A program made the translations under genes and the position numbers. DNA of 64,000 nt. It comes from an uncultured Acidimicrobiales bacterium. GTDB taxonomy: Bacteria; Actinomycetota; Acidimicrobiia; Acidimicrobiales; UBA10347. The stretch is taken from contig CALSSD010000013.1 in the NCBI GenBank assembly GCA_943788915.1, positions 186,001 through 250,000 on the forward strand, in the 5' to 3' direction. Positions 49,965 to 60,972 of the stretch are shown piece by piece. Below the pieces are notes generated by a model. That model had not been told where the DNA came from. It saw nothing but the letters and a program-made list of their open reading frames with translations, and made no database searches. The first letter of the stretch is position 1; every line of letters starts with the position of its first letter.

Positions 49965-50045
49965 CCAGGAACAAACCAACGGTCATCCATGGCGTACCGG
50001 CCTTTCGGCTTCTTTTTTTGGCCCGGGGCCTGGCGACGCTCAGCA

Positions 50046-51032
50046 CTACAGGCGAGGGTCGAAGATAACCCGACCGGTGGTGTTGCGTTCGAACAGATCC
50101 TTAAGCGCCGCTGGCAGATCGGCCATGCCGACTGTTTGGCTCACGAGCGGATCGATCTTGCCATCGAGAAGGAGTCCGTACACCTCGTCGTAGCACTGTC
50201 GTAGCGGTTCGGGATCGATGTTGCGATAACCCCCCATATGAACACCGACGACCGAATAGTTCTTGACCAAGACATGGTTCGCCGGTGCAGATGGAATTCC
50301 ACCGCTTGCAAAACCGACCACCAACAGGCGCCCTTCCCATGCCACAAGCCGGCGAGCAATATCGAAGTACTCGCCACCAACGGGGTCGTAGACAACATCA
50401 ACACCGCGTCGACCGGTCTCTTCCATCACCCGTTCGTACAGGTCTTCGTTCCTGTAATCAATGGCTACATCGGCGCCCAGGTCGAGACACACCTGCATCT
50501 TCTCGGGGCCACCTGCCGCAGCGATGACCCGACAGCCATGGGCCTTTGCCATCTGTACCGCTGAGGATCCCACGCCGCCAGCAGCGGCAAGCACCAGCAC
50601 TGACTCCCCGGGCTGCAAGTTGCCCCGTCGATGAAGCGCAAACCACGACGTGCCGTAGGTGACATGCATTGCTACCGCGGTTGCTGTTTCGACACCGTCG
50701 GGCACGATCGTCACGTTGGCTGCGGCAAGAATCGCCTGTTCGCCAAATCCTCCCGATCCGGGCGCAGCCATACCGAGCACCCGTGTACCCACCTCCAGAT
50801 CGACACCGTCGCCGATGGCATTGATGGTGCCGCCACAACTCATGCCCGGCGTGAAGGGAGTCGGCACCTTCACCTGGTAGGAACCTTGGCACTGCAGAAT
50901 GTCGGCGAAGTTCAGATCGGCTGCCTCGACCGTGACCCGAACCATGCCCGGACCAGGTTCTGGTGGCTCAACCTCGCCGAGCCGTAGCTCATCCCACGGG
51001 TCCCCCAACTCGTGCATCTGCCATGCCTGCAT
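50046..51032 (-). CDS. NADPH:quinone oxidoreductase (MDR), paralog of 43452-44441
   Basis: LNFADILQCQGSYQ, AAAGGVG, VYDPVGG, NHVLVKNYSVVG. Confidence 0.9.
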   Translation of the reverse strand: MQAWQMHELGDPWDELRLGEVEPPEPGPGMVRVTVEAADLNFADILQCQGSYQVKVPTPFTPGMSCGGTINAIGDGVDLEVGTRVLGMAAPGSGGFGEQAILAAANVTIVPDGVETATAVAMHVTYGTSWFALHRRGNLQPGESVLVLAAAGGVGSSAVQMAKAHGCRVIAAAGGPEKMQVCLDLGADVAIDYRNEDLYERVMEETGRRGVDVVYDPVGGEYFDIARRLVAWEGRLLVVGFASGGIPSAPANHVLVKNYSVVGVHMGGYRNIDPEPLRQCYDEVYGLLLDGKIDPLVSQTVGMADLPAALKDLFERNTTGRVIFDPRL

Positions 51033-51223
51033 CACATCTCCTCTTCGTTACGAGCGTCTCTGCGCCACGTCAAGGTTGAGGCTAGTTCTCGGCGCGCCTC
51101 AGCTTTCGGTTGAGGCCCGACGCCCCGCCCCAATCCGCACGAGCGCGCTGTATTGACGTCCGCCAAGCCGGTGGGATTAGGGTTCGTTCGTGGTCACGAC
51201 GGTGGCCGGGATTGGCGAATGTT

Positions 51224-52252
51224 ATGGCTGCAAGCGACCGAACGCTCGAAGATCACAAGGCATGGATTGCGCAAGTAACCGAGTCGGCGCTTGAGCCAGA
51301 CCTGCCGATTTGTGATCCGCATCATCACCTGTGGCTTGATAACGGCCACACCGGATGGCCCTACACGCTCGCCGATTTCCACGACGACACTTCGGCGGGC
51401 CACAACATCGTGCGCTCGATCTTCCTCGAGTGTCACGCCGAATATCTCGCTGACGGTCCGGAACATCTCCGGTCAGTCGGCGAAGTCGCCTTCATTGCCG
51501 ACTTGGCTGAACAGAGTGCGAATTCAGGAAAGACCGAGATCGCTGGGATCGTAGGCAACGCCGACCTCGGGCTCGGACGAGCGGTCGAGGAGGTCCTTGT
51601 GGCGCTCGACCAGGCCGGGCGGGGACGTTTCCGAGGTGTGCGGTACACAACAGCCGCCGACGACCATCCGCCGCTGTCCATGTACGACAACGCACCCATG
51701 GACAGTTCAGCATTCCTCGACGGTCTGCGAACCGTAGGAGAACTGGGCTACACGTTCGATGCCATGGTGTACCACCCACAGCTTCCGTTGTTGGCCGCTG
51801 CAGCCCGAGCCTGTCCTGACACCCCGATCGTGATCGACCATCTCGGAGGGTTTCTAGGAACTGGCCCGTACAAGGATCGCCGAGACGAAATTCTGTCCTT
51901 CTGGTACGACGCGATGGCTGAGCTCGCTGCCTTGCCGAATACTTTCCTCAAGACAGGCGGCATCGGCATGCCCATGATGGGCTACCGGTGGGACAAGCAG
52001 GCAACGCCGGCAACCTCCGAGGACCTGGCCGAAGTGTGGGCCGAACCCATCCAGCGGGTCATCGAACTGTTCGGCCCCCACCGCTGCATGTTCGAGTCGA
52101 ACTCCCCGGTCGACCAACGCGGCGCTGGCTACGTCGTTCTCTGGAACGCATACAAGCGCATTGCGGCTGGCTACTCCCCCGACGAGAAACGGTTGCTCTT
52201 CCACGACACCGCAGCAACTGCCTACCGCGTACCGCTGGCCGGTTCGGAGTGA
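51224..52252 (+). CDS. Amidohydrolase-2 family protein
   Basis: LPICDPHHHLW, IVIDHLGG, FGPHRCMFESNSPVD. Confidence 0.88.
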   Translation: MAASDRTLEDHKAWIAQVTESALEPDLPICDPHHHLWLDNGHTGWPYTLADFHDDTSAGHNIVRSIFLECHAEYLADGPEHLRSVGEVAFIADLAEQSANSGKTEIAGIVGNADLGLGRAVEEVLVALDQAGRGRFRGVRYTTAADDHPPLSMYDNAPMDSSAFLDGLRTVGELGYTFDAMVYHPQLPLLAAAARACPDTPIVIDHLGGFLGTGPYKDRRDEILSFWYDAMAELAALPNTFLKTGGIGMPMMGYRWDKQATPATSEDLAEVWAEPIQRVIELFGPHRCMFESNSPVDQRGAGYVVLWNAYKRIAAGYSPDEKRLLFHDTAATAYRVPLAGSE

Positions 52253-52343
52253 CCACGAGTTCATAGCTAAACCACGGAGCCTGACGCCCCTGACCTCGGT
52301 CTCGATTCCGAGCCGACACCGGCCCTGCAACTACGATCATCAC

Positions 52344-52802
52344 ATGTCGAGACGTGATCAAGTCCGAATGACCGACCAGGAAATTGCCGATTTCCTCGCC
52401 GAGCCGCACCTGTGCAGGATTGGCACCATCGGGCCGAAACGGCCGGGTGGGGCTCCGAACACGGTGCACCTTGTTGCGATGAATTACGGCTTTCTCGATG
52501 GCCTGCCCGCCTTTTGGACCTACAAGAAGGCCCAGAAGACCAAGAACCTCGAGCGAGATCCATCGATCTCCATGCTGGTCGACACGGGGGTGCTGTACCC
52601 CGAGTTGAAAGGTGTCTCGATCCAAGGCCGGGGCGAACTCATCTACGACGAGGACGCAGTGCTCGCTCTGGCCGACTCGTTGGCAGAACGTTACGGCCTT
52701 CCTGACGACGCTCGTGCCTCGGCCCCCAAACGAGCCGTGGTCCGAGTCATAGCCGACAAGACCATGTCATGGGACCACGCAAAACTCGACGGAAACTACT
52801 GA
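52344..52802 (+). CDS. Pyridoxamine 5'-phosphate oxidase-like (PPOX class, probably F420-binding) protein
   Basis: MTDQEIADFL, HLVAMNYG, KAQKTKNLERDP, ELKGVSIQG, SWDHAKL. Confidence 0.85.
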   Translation: MSRRDQVRMTDQEIADFLAEPHLCRIGTIGPKRPGGAPNTVHLVAMNYGFLDGLPAFWTYKKAQKTKNLERDPSISMLVDTGVLYPELKGVSIQGRGELIYDEDAVLALADSLAERYGLPDDARASAPKRAVVRVIADKTMSWDHAKLDGNY

Positions 52803-52881
52803 GGTGAGGGCGAACGCCCCCAGCTCACCCGGCTAGTGTCACATCTTCGCCCACCCGCTCTCACGCCCTGGAGAACCCATC

Positions 52882-53424
52882 TTGACGCTTATCAATCACC
52901 CGCCAACATCGGAACAGCCCGAAAAGGTCGCCTATCGGAAGCCACAACCATGGGGCATGGTTCCCGACATGGTGGTTCCCGACGCTCTGGGCGAACTCGA
53001 CGACCGACTCTGGGCCCCCATCGGCCCAGATGCCTGGTCTCGCCCTCTGCATCTGAATCCAACAGCGGGGTTCTATACCCACGTGCTGAAGGTGCAACGC
53101 GCTGGCGTGTTTGCGCGTCATCGCCACTCTGGCCAAGTCCACGCTTATGTCTTTAAGGGGAGCTGGCACTACCTCGAACACGACTGGGTCGCCGAAGCCG
53201 GCAGTTATGTTTTCGAACCGCCAGGCGAGACCCACACATTGTGCGTCACTGATGGCTGTGAGGAAATGATCACCTTATTTACCGTGCACGGTTCGCTGAT
53301 GTACGTGGATCCAGACGGCAATCAGGCCGGCTACGACGATGTCTTCACCCGCATGGACAAATACCGGGCTCACTATGAAGAGGTTGGGCTTGGTGGCGAC
53401 TTCATCAAGCAGTTCATGCGCTAA
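52882..53424 (+). CDS. 2,4'-dihydroxyacetophenone dioxygenase family cupin
   Basis: RHRHSGQVHAYVFKGSWHYLEHDW...EPPGETHTL. Confidence 0.85.
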   Translation: MTLINHPPTSEQPEKVAYRKPQPWGMVPDMVVPDALGELDDRLWAPIGPDAWSRPLHLNPTAGFYTHVLKVQRAGVFARHRHSGQVHAYVFKGSWHYLEHDWVAEAGSYVFEPPGETHTLCVTDGCEEMITLFTVHGSLMYVDPDGNQAGYDDVFTRMDKYRAHYEEVGLGGDFIKQFMR

Positions 53425-53524
53425 TCCATCCAGCGACGACTCATCCGTTTCCGGTAGACCTCGGCGACGCTACACATCGATACGGAACTCGACGTGTAGC
53501 GTCCGCCCTGACCGGAGCTTCGGC

Positions 53525-54532
53525 TCAGAGTTCGACGACCATCTTGCCGGTGTTGGCACCAGCAAGTAGCCCAATAAACGCATCGCCGGCACTCTCGATG
53601 CCGTGCATCACGGTCTCTTCGGCCTTGATGGTGCCATCGGCGAGCCATCCGCCGACCTCACGGACGAAATCGTCGCGCATATCGGCGTGATCACTCACGA
53701 TGAACCCACGCAGGTTGAGTCGTTTGCCGATCGCCAGGCTTAGGTTGTTTGGTCCCGGTGCCGGCTCGGTGTTGTTGTACATCGAGATAGCCCCGCAGAG
53801 CGCTACTCGGCCGTGCACGTTGAGCGAATGAAGCGCCGCCTGCAAGTGATCACCACCAACGTTGTCGAAGTACACATCGATCCCATCGGGCGCCGCTGCG
53901 AACAGCTGCGTGGCCACGGGGCCGGATTTGTAGTTGAAGGCAGTGTCATAACCGAGCTCTTCGGTGAGCCAGGCAACTTTCTCGTCCGAGCCAGCAGAGC
54001 CCACAACCAGCGACGCGCCCTTGAGCTTCGCGAGTTGGCCAACAAGCGAGCCGACAGCGCCGGCTGCACCCGACACAAACACCGCATCGCCCTCTTTGAA
54101 TGATGCGACATCGAGCAGTCCGGCGTACGCAGTCATGCCGGGCATGCCCAGCACACCGAGGTTGGCAGACAACGAGACGCCGTCGACGTTCGCAGCTGGT
54201 TGGGCCTGCGAAGCCGGCAGTACAGCGATCTCACGCCAGCCAAGGCCGTGCACGACGTGGTCGCCAACAGCAATGTCGGGCGAGTTTGACTCGATGACTT
54301 CACCGACAGCGCCTCCAGCAAGGGGCTCACCGATCTGGAACGGCGGTACATACGACTTTACGTCGTTCATTCGGCCCCGCATGTACGGGTCGACAGACAT
54401 GAACCGATTAGCGACGACAATCTCGCCGTCTTGAGCAGCAGGAACCTCGGCTTCGACCACCTCAAAATTCTCAGGAACAGGCGCCCCGTTCGGGCGGGAG
54501 GCGAGGTTGACGTGGCGAGCACTACGGGTCAT
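53525..54532 (-). CDS. NADP-dependent oxidoreductase (CurA/prostaglandin reductase family)
   Basis: LASRPNGAP, SVDPYMRGRM, LGMPGMTAYAGL, VSGAAGAVG, YFDNVGG, NTGKMVV. Confidence 0.92.
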   Translation of the reverse strand: MTRSARHVNLASRPNGAPVPENFEVVEAEVPAAQDGEIVVANRFMSVDPYMRGRMNDVKSYVPPFQIGEPLAGGAVGEVIESNSPDIAVGDHVVHGLGWREIAVLPASQAQPAANVDGVSLSANLGVLGMPGMTAYAGLLDVASFKEGDAVFVSGAAGAVGSLVGQLAKLKGASLVVGSAGSDEKVAWLTEELGYDTAFNYKSGPVATQLFAAAPDGIDVYFDNVGGDHLQAALHSLNVHGRVALCGAISMYNNTEPAPGPNNLSLAIGKRLNLRGFIVSDHADMRDDFVREVGGWLADGTIKAEETVMHGIESAGDAFIGLLAGANTGKMVVEL

Positions 54533-54557
54533 GGACAGACCATACCCACGCACGTGC

Positions 54558-57500
54558 CTACCGTGGTCCGTACGCACCTCCGCCGGGTGTCTCCTGGACA
54601 AACGTGTCGCCCACACCAAGCTCGGCCTCGTCGGTGCCGCCAAGCTCCTCGACTCGACCATTTGCCCGGCGGATGAAGTCGTGCCCTCGGGCCCCGCTTC
54701 CGCCACCGGCCAGACCATAGGGATCGGTCAGTCGGTGGCTTCCAAGCAGAGTCAGTGTCATCGGCTCAAGGAACGTCAGCTCGCGAACTATCCCGTTTCC
54801 TCCGAGGTACTCGCCCTTGCCTCCGGAATTGGGTCTTATCGAGAAACTCTCCACCCGCAGCGGAAACCGCCACTCAAGTATTTCTGGATCGGTCAGCCGG
54901 GTATTGGTCATATGGCTATGGACAGCACTTGTGCCGTTATGACCGGGCCCGGCACCAGTACCGCCGCAGATGGTCTCGTAGTTCTGGTAGGTGTCGTTGC
55001 CGTAGACAACATTGTTGACCGTGCCTTGTGACGAGGCCAGCACACCAAGCGCTCCGAACAACGCATCGGTCACGCATTGGCTCACCTCGGTGTTGCCGGC
55101 AATGACGGCGGCCGGGTATTCGGGCGAGAGAATCGAGCGAGGCGGCACGATCACCCGCAGCGGTTCCAGACAACCTTCGTTCAGCGGGATGTCGTCGTCG
55201 ACGAGGCAGCGGAACACGTACATCACTGCGGCCAAGCACACTGCGGTGGGGGCGTTGTAGTTCCCTTCGAACTGCGGTGAGGTTCCCGTGAAGTCGATCA
55301 CGGCCTCACGTTTTTCCTGATCAATCTTGATATCGACCTCGACTTGGCAGCCGTTGTCCATCGGATACACGAAATGGCCACCGGTCACGTTGGCCAGCAC
55401 ACGTCGCACCGATTCGGCAGCGTTGTCTTGCACATGTTGCATATAGGCGTGGACGACCTCGAGCCCGAACTTGTCGACCATGCCAAGCACCTCGTGAACG
55501 CCCACATTGTTCGCCGCGATCTGCGCCTCAAGGTCGGCCAGGTTCTGATCGACGTTTCGACACGGGTACTGCCCCGAGAGCAGAAGCTCCCGTGTGGCCT
55601 GTTCGCGGAGCACACCGTGTTCGACCATAAGGAAGTTGTCGATCAGCACCCCTTCCTCATGAATCGAGGTGCTGTCTGGCGGCGACGATCCAGGTGTCCG
55701 ACCGCCGATATCGGCGTGATGGCCACGCGACGCGACGTAGAACAGAATCTGAGTCCCGGCATGGTCGAACACCGGGTTGATCACCGTGACGTCGGGCAGG
55801 TGGGTTCCGCCGTTGTAGGGAGCGTTGATGGCGTAGGAATCACCCGGTTTCATCGTCCCGTGGTTCTCACGGATGATCGTCTTGATCGACGCACCCATTG
55901 ATCCCAGGTGGACGGGCACATGTGGAGCGTTCGCTACCAGGCTCCCGTCGGGGGCAAAGATCGCGCACGAGAAGTCATACCGCTCCTTGATGTTCACCGA
56001 GTACGCGGTGTTGGCCAGGGTGGCGCCCATCTGCTCGGCAATGCTCATGAACAGGTTGTTGAACACCTCGAGCATTACTGGATCGGCATCGGTGCCCACC
56101 GCTTCGCGAGGCGGACGGGCGACGACCCGGCTCAGGACACAGTCGCCACGTTCGGTGACCTCGGCCTGCCACCCCGGCTCGACCACGATCGTGCCGATCT
56201 GCTCGGTGATGACCGCAGGCCCGAGGACTGGTTGTCCGGTACCCAGCTCGTTGCGCCGGAACACCGGCGCCTGCTGCATCTCACCACCGGTGTGGATGCT
56301 GATCACATCGACAGGAGCCGCATCGGTGTCTGCGATGGGGGCCGACCACGCGCTGTCGTCGTCCTGTTCCTCGCCGCCTCCAACCCCTTCCACCGACACA
56401 CCCTCGACCACCAAATCTCGGCCTGGAGCGATGTAACCGAACCGTTGCTGATGCACGCCCTCGAAGCGCTCGACCATGGTTGATACCTCAGCCGCCGGCT
56501 CGATAGCCAATGCCGTATCGCTGCCTGCATAACGCAGATGGACGCGTTGAATAAGGCTGACCTGATCTCGGGGCACGTCTTGAGCGGTGAGGTCGTCGGT
56601 GACATCGGTCGCAAGTTCGGCGAGGGCCAACTCGAAGGCGGCTCGGCCGGTATCTTCGTCGAGAGCGAGTTCGACCTGTCGTTCACGGATTGATCTGATC
56701 TCTGCCAGACCCATGCCGTAGGCCGACAATACGCCGGCAAACGGGTGGAGCAGGACCCGGTTCATCCCCAGGCTGTCAGCCACCAGGCATGCATGTTGGC
56801 CTCCGGCGCCTCCGAAGGTGTTGAGGGTGTAGCCGCTAACGTCATAACCCCGTTCGACCGAGATCTTCTTGATCGCGTTCGCCATGTTTTCGACCGCGAT
56901 CCGCAGGAACCCTTCGGCGACCTCCTCTGGAGCAGGAGCCACAGTGCCGGTCGCTTCGCCGATCTCGACGGCGAGTTCGCTGAAACGCCGGCCCACAACA
57001 TCGGCGTCGAGCGGAGTTGTGCCGTCAGGCCCAAAAACTGCCGGGAAGTGATGGGGCTGGAGTTTGCCCAACATCACGTTGGCATCGGTGACGGTCAGCG
57101 GGCCGCCTCGTCCATAACTCGCTGGCCCTGGATTGGCACCAGCGCTGTCGGGACCGACCCGGTACCGCGTTCCATCGAAGTGCAGAATCGACCCACCTCC
57201 GGCGGCAACTGTGTGGATGTTCATCATCGGTGCCCGAAGACGGATCCCGGCGACCATCGTCTCCTGACTCCGTTCGTATTCACCGTTGTAGTGCGACACA
57301 TCGGTCGACGTGCCTCCCATGTCAAAGCCGATCACCTGATCAAAACCAGCTTCGGTCGCGGTTCGGGCCATACCAACTACCCCACCTGCTGGGCCCGAGA
57401 GAATGGCGTCCTTGCCCTGGAACAGGTGCGCGTCGACCAAACCACCGTTCGATTGCATGAACATGAGCTTCGGGCCGTCGTGGGCCTCTCCCCCAACGAG

Positions 57501-58184
57501 TTCGGTGTCAACTTGATCGACGTAACGACGCAGGATCGGTGACAGGTAGGCATCGACGACGGTGGTGTCGCCTCGGCTGACGAGCTTCATGAGTGGGATG
57601 GTTGTGTGAGACACCGAGATCTGACGAAATCCGATGTCGCGGGCAATATCAGCGACTCGCTGCTCATGCTGATGATGCCGGTACCCGTGCATGAGCACGA
57701 TGGCTACCGATTCGATGCCGTCGTTGTAGGCCGCGGTCAGGCGCTCGCGGGTCACCGCTTCGTCAAGAGGCCGCACTACCTGGCCATGAGCACTAATACG
57801 CTCGGGGATCTCAGCGACTGCCTCGTGCAACAGCTCGGGCAACTGGATGTCCAGAGCAAAAAGCTTCGGCCGATTCTGATAACCAATTCGCAACGCGTCG
57901 GCAAAACCTGACGTGATAGCCAGCAACGTGCGATCGCCCTTACGTTCGAGCAGGGCATTGGTTGCGACCGTCGTGCCCATCTTCACGTCGTGCACCGTGC
58001 CTGGCGGGATCGGGGCGCCCGGCTCCAAGCCCAACAGGTCTCGTATCCCTTGCACCGCAGCGTCGACGTACCGTTCCGGGTTCTCCGACAGAAGTTTGTG
58101 GGTTACGAGGGAACCGTCAGGACGGCGCGCGACCAAGTCGGTGAACGTGCCCCCACGATCGATCCAAATTTGCCACTGCGACAC
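54558..58184 (-). CDS. oplA: ATP-dependent 5-oxoprolinase (fused hydantoinase A/B)
   Basis: [68 protein letters not shown]. Confidence 0.93.
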   Translation of the reverse strand: MSQWQIWIDRGGTFTDLVARRPDGSLVTHKLLSENPERYVDAAVQGIRDLLGLEPGAPIPPGTVHDVKMGTTVATNALLERKGDRTLLAITSGFADALRIGYQNRPKLFALDIQLPELLHEAVAEIPERISAHGQVVRPLDEAVTRERLTAAYNDGIESVAIVLMHGYRHHQHEQRVADIARDIGFRQISVSHTTIPLMKLVSRGDTTVVDAYLSPILRRYVDQVDTELVGGEAHDGPKLMFMQSNGGLVDAHLFQGKDAILSGPAGGVVGMARTATEAGFDQVIGFDMGGTSTDVSHYNGEYERSQETMVAGIRLRAPMMNIHTVAAGGGSILHFDGTRYRVGPDSAGANPGPASYGRGGPLTVTDANVMLGKLQPHHFPAVFGPDGTTPLDADVVGRRFSELAVEIGEATGTVAPAPEEVAEGFLRIAVENMANAIKKISVERGYDVSGYTLNTFGGAGGQHACLVADSLGMNRVLLHPFAGVLSAYGMGLAEIRSIRERQVELALDEDTGRAAFELALAELATDVTDDLTAQDVPRDQVSLIQRVHLRYAGSDTALAIEPAAEVSTMVERFEGVHQQRFGYIAPGRDLVVEGVSVEGVGGGEEQDDDSAWSAPIADTDAAPVDVISIHTGGEMQQAPVFRRNELGTGQPVLGPAVITEQIGTIVVEPGWQAEVTERGDCVLSRVVARPPREAVGTDADPVMLEVFNNLFMSIAEQMGATLANTAYSVNIKERYDFSCAIFAPDGSLVANAPHVPVHLGSMGASIKTIIRENHGTMKPGDSYAINAPYNGGTHLPDVTVINPVFDHAGTQILFYVASRGHHADIGGRTPGSSPPDSTSIHEEGVLIDNFLMVEHGVLREQATRELLLSGQYPCRNVDQNLADLEAQIAANNVGVHEVLGMVDKFGLEVVHAYMQHVQDNAAESVRRVLANVTGGHFVYPMDNGCQVEVDIKIDQEKREAVIDFTGTSPQFEGNYNAPTAVCLAAVMYVFRCLVDDDIPLNEGCLEPLRVIVPPRSILSPEYPAAVIAGNTEVSQCVTDALFGALGVLASSQGTVNNVVYGNDTYQNYETICGGTGAGPGHNGTSAVHSHMTNTRLTDPEILEWRFPLRVESFSIRPNSGGKGEYLGGNGIVRELTFLEPMTLTLLGSHRLTDPYGLAGGGSGARGHDFIRRANGRVEELGGTDEAELGVGDTFVQETPGGGAYGPR

Positions 58185-58408
58185 TGCTCCACCTAACCGG
58201 CTCCACCGCCTTGAGCGCCAACGGCCCGCATCCGGTGATCAGACATACGAAGCCTGATGATACGTCAACGGTGCCACCCGACCGGCCAAGGCCAACGAGA
58301 CTCCAGCGACACGGGCACCAACGGCCCGCAACCAACCCCATCAAGAGTGAGCCGTCGGCAAGCCAACACCCACGCTCTGAGCTTCTCTTCAGCTGCACCG
58401 GCTACTGC

Positions 58409-59381
58409 TCAGTCGACGACAACCACGACTTTGCCGCGAGCATGCCCAGAACCGGCGTGGGCTATCGCTGCACCGGCCTCGGCAAGCGGATAGGTAGCCC
58501 CCACAATCGGCCGCAGGGCCCCGTCGCGCGCCATGCCCGCTAGCGCAGTGAGGTCTGCGGTCGTGGTCATCGAGAGAAACGGCCGAAGCTTGTGTCCGAC
58601 GAACGGCGAGAGCATCCACGCCTTGATGATGCGGCCCACACTGCCCAGCACAGGGCCGCCCTCTCCGCTGTTTGGGATCAGCGTGCCCTTTGGGGTGAGC
58701 ACCTTGCGTCGTTGGGCCAGGGTGTGTTTGTCGGCCATATCTACGATGAGGTCGTACCGTTGTGACCCGAGAGTGAAGTCCTCCGTCGGTGTAGTCGATG
58801 ACCCGGTCGGCACCGAGTGAACGGACGAACTCAAGGTTGGCTGTGCTGCACACGCCGGTCACGTCGGCACCGATGCCCTTCGCAATCTGGACCGTGAAGC
58901 TGCCAATACCTCCCGACGCACCATTCACCAGGACATTGTGCCCCGGTTGGGTATGAGCAATATCTCGTACGGCTTGGAGTGCGACACAACCTGCAACCGG
59001 AATGCCCGCCGCTTGTTCGAACGAGATCTCGCTCGGCTTGGGGATGAGCTGGTCTTCCTTCACCACGGTGAACTCGGCGAAGGTTGCGGTGGGCCAGCCG
59101 AAGACCTCGTCTCCAGGAGCGTGTTGCGTCACGTTCTGGCCAACGACTTCCACGAACCCGGCCACTTCCATTCCCCGGACGCCCTTACGAGGCGAGCGAA
59201 GTCCGTAACCAAGACGCATCAGATAGGGCTTGCCGATCGTCATCGACGCGTCGGCCCAGTTCACTCCAGCGGCCCGGACTCGTACTAGTACGTCGTCGTC
59301 CCCGCACTCTGGTGTGGCAATGTCCTCGAGGTGAACGACCTCTTCAGGCGGCCCATAATCCCGGTGCACGGCAGCTTTCAT
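58409..59381 (-). CDS. NAD(P)-dependent alcohol dehydrogenase (MDR family), frameshifted near 58788
   Basis: YGPPEEV, NGASGGIG, LGADRVIDYT; continuation EDFT...YDLIVD...GHARGKVVV in another frame. Confidence 0.85.
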
Positions 59382-59499
59382 CGGTTCGCTCCTTTCACGA
59401 TGTCAAACCGAGCCTACGCACCAGTCAAGGACAGGACCAGAGGACGACCAGGTCACTCCTTGTCGAGCTCCTATCCTGCGACGCATCGCAACGCACAAG

Positions 59500-59706
59500 A
59501 TGGAGAGAACATTGATCTGGGGGCTCGTCATGGTGGTGGTCGGCGCACTCATGGTCCTCGGGGCACGGACGCAGTCCAGCTTCATTGCCTATCGGCTGAT
59601 CGCAGCCCGCGCCCGGATCCTGTGGGGAAACAGAGTGCACGCCTTTTTGCAGGTTTCTGGCGTCCTCGTCGCCGTTGCGGGAGTCCTCGTCGCCGCCCTT
59701 AGCTGA
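59500..59706 (+). CDS. Small two-TM membrane protein
   Basis: Two hydrophobic segments flanking FIAYRLIAARARILWG. Confidence 0.6.
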   Translation: MERTLIWGLVMVVVGALMVLGARTQSSFIAYRLIAARARILWGNRVHAFLQVSGVLVAVAGVLVAALS

Positions 59707-59736
59707 ACTCGCCGGTGCAGGCGTCACGCTTGCGGC

Positions 59737-59773
59737 AAAACGTAGAAAGCTCCCGCTCGTAAGCAGGAGCCTT
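59737..59773 (-). terminator. Intrinsic terminator downstream of tRNA-Leu
   Basis: Minus strand GGCTCCTGCT-TACG-AGCGGGAGCT followed by TTCTACGTTTT. Confidence 0.7.
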
Positions 59774-59779
59774 CTTCTG

Positions 59780-59863
59780 TGTCGAAGGGGGGACTTGAAC
59801 CCCCACGTCCCTAAGGACACCAGCCCCTCAAGCTGGCGCGTCTGCCAATTCCGCCACTTCGAC
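59780..59863 (-). tRNA. tRNA-Leu (anticodon GAG)
   Basis: GTCGAAG acceptor stem, D-arm TGGCGGAATTGGCAGACGC, anticodon arm CCAGC-TTGAGGG-GCTGG, long variable arm, GGTTCAAGTCC; CCA not encoded; lies downstream of secG. Confidence 0.95.
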
Positions 59864-59939
59864 GTGACTGCTCCCTCTATTTTGCGAGACGGAGCCGAGG
59901 CTAGATGCTAGCGGCATCTAACCGAATATGTGCCGTAAA

Positions 59940-60179
59940 TCAGTTGCCGTCTAGCAGCAGGGCGAGGGCCAAGGTGCAGAAGCCGAAGATCAGCGACAAC
60001 ACCACAGTGATGCGGTCCAGGTTCTGCTCTACGACCGTTGAACCAGCAGCAGTGCTGCCCATACCGGCGCCGAACATGTCGCTAAGACCGCCGCCACGAC
60101 CGCTGTGCAAAAGCACCAAAACGATCAGCGCGAACGCTGCAGCCACATCGATCGGGATGAGAATCCACTTCAATACCAC
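59940..60179 (-). CDS. secG: Preprotein translocase subunit SecG
   Basis: LIVLVLLHSGRGGGLSDMFG...EQNLDRITV; follows tpiA. Confidence 0.93.
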   Translation of the reverse strand: MVLKWILIPIDVAAAFALIVLVLLHSGRGGGLSDMFGAGMGSTAAGSTVVEQNLDRITVVLSLIFGFCTLALALLLDGN

Positions 60180-60192
60180 GGGAGAGACGCTA

Positions 60193-60969
60193 TCAACCCT
60201 GTAGGCGGTATTGGCAGATGCGGGCGAAGTCTTCGGCATTGAGACTTGCGCCGCCTACAAGGGCACCGTCGATATCGGGCTGACGCATCAGCTCATAGAT
60301 CGTGGTCGGTTTAACCGAACCCCCATATTGGATACGTACGGCCTTGGCGGCTTCTTTACCTTTGAGCCGCTGCACGGTGTCTCGCACCAGTTTGCACACG
60401 TCTTGCGCATCGGCCGGCGTGGCAGTGAGACCAGTTCCAATTGCCCAGATCGGCTCATACGCCAACACCATTTCGGCGACCTTGGGCCCACCAACACCCG
60501 TGAGACCAGACTCGAGCTGTCGAACGATCTTGGCTTCGGTCTGTTCTTGATCCCGTTCTTCTTGCGTCTCGCCGAAGGCCAGGATCGGCTTCATGCCATG
60601 TTTAAAGATCGCTTTGACCTTGTCGTTGACCTGTTCGTCGGTCTCACCCAGCAGCTCGCGTCGTTCGCTATGACCAGCGATCACATACTTGACCTGAAGT
60701 TTGCCCAACATCGCGGCCGAGACTTCGCCGGTCCATGCACCGCTGTCGTCCCAGTGGCAATTCTGTGCACCGAGGTTGATGGCGATCCCGTCGGCATCAA
60801 GCAATGTCTGGATCGAGCGGATGTTGGTGAACGATGGGTGGATCGTGATCTCGACGTTTTCATAATCGTCGCTGTCGATCAGATAGTTCATCTTCTGCAC
60901 CAGCTGAATCGCCTCAAAATGGTTGAGGTTCATCTTCCAGTTACCGCTGATGATCGGCATACGAGCCAT
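60193..60969 (-). CDS. tpiA: Triosephosphate isomerase
   Basis: GNWKMN, GHSERR, AYEPIWAIGTG, YGGSVK, LVGGASL. Confidence 0.98.
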   Translation of the reverse strand: MARMPIISGNWKMNLNHFEAIQLVQKMNYLIDSDDYENVEITIHPSFTNIRSIQTLLDADGIAINLGAQNCHWDDSGAWTGEVSAAMLGKLQVKYVIAGHSERRELLGETDEQVNDKVKAIFKHGMKPILAFGETQEERDQEQTEAKIVRQLESGLTGVGGPKVAEMVLAYEPIWAIGTGLTATPADAQDVCKLVRDTVQRLKGKEAAKAVRIQYGGSVKPTTIYELMRQPDIDGALVGGASLNAEDFARICQYRLQG

Positions 60970-60972
60970 GGG

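Noticed and set aside
11686..59381. Programmed ribosomal frameshifting at the indel sites
   Set aside because: No X_XXY_YYZ slippery sites or consistent stimulatory structure, and these families are not known to use it.
59780..59863. tRNA-Sec supporting the selenoprotein
   Set aside because: It has a long variable arm, but the anticodon is GAG (Leu) with a normal 7-bp acceptor stem.
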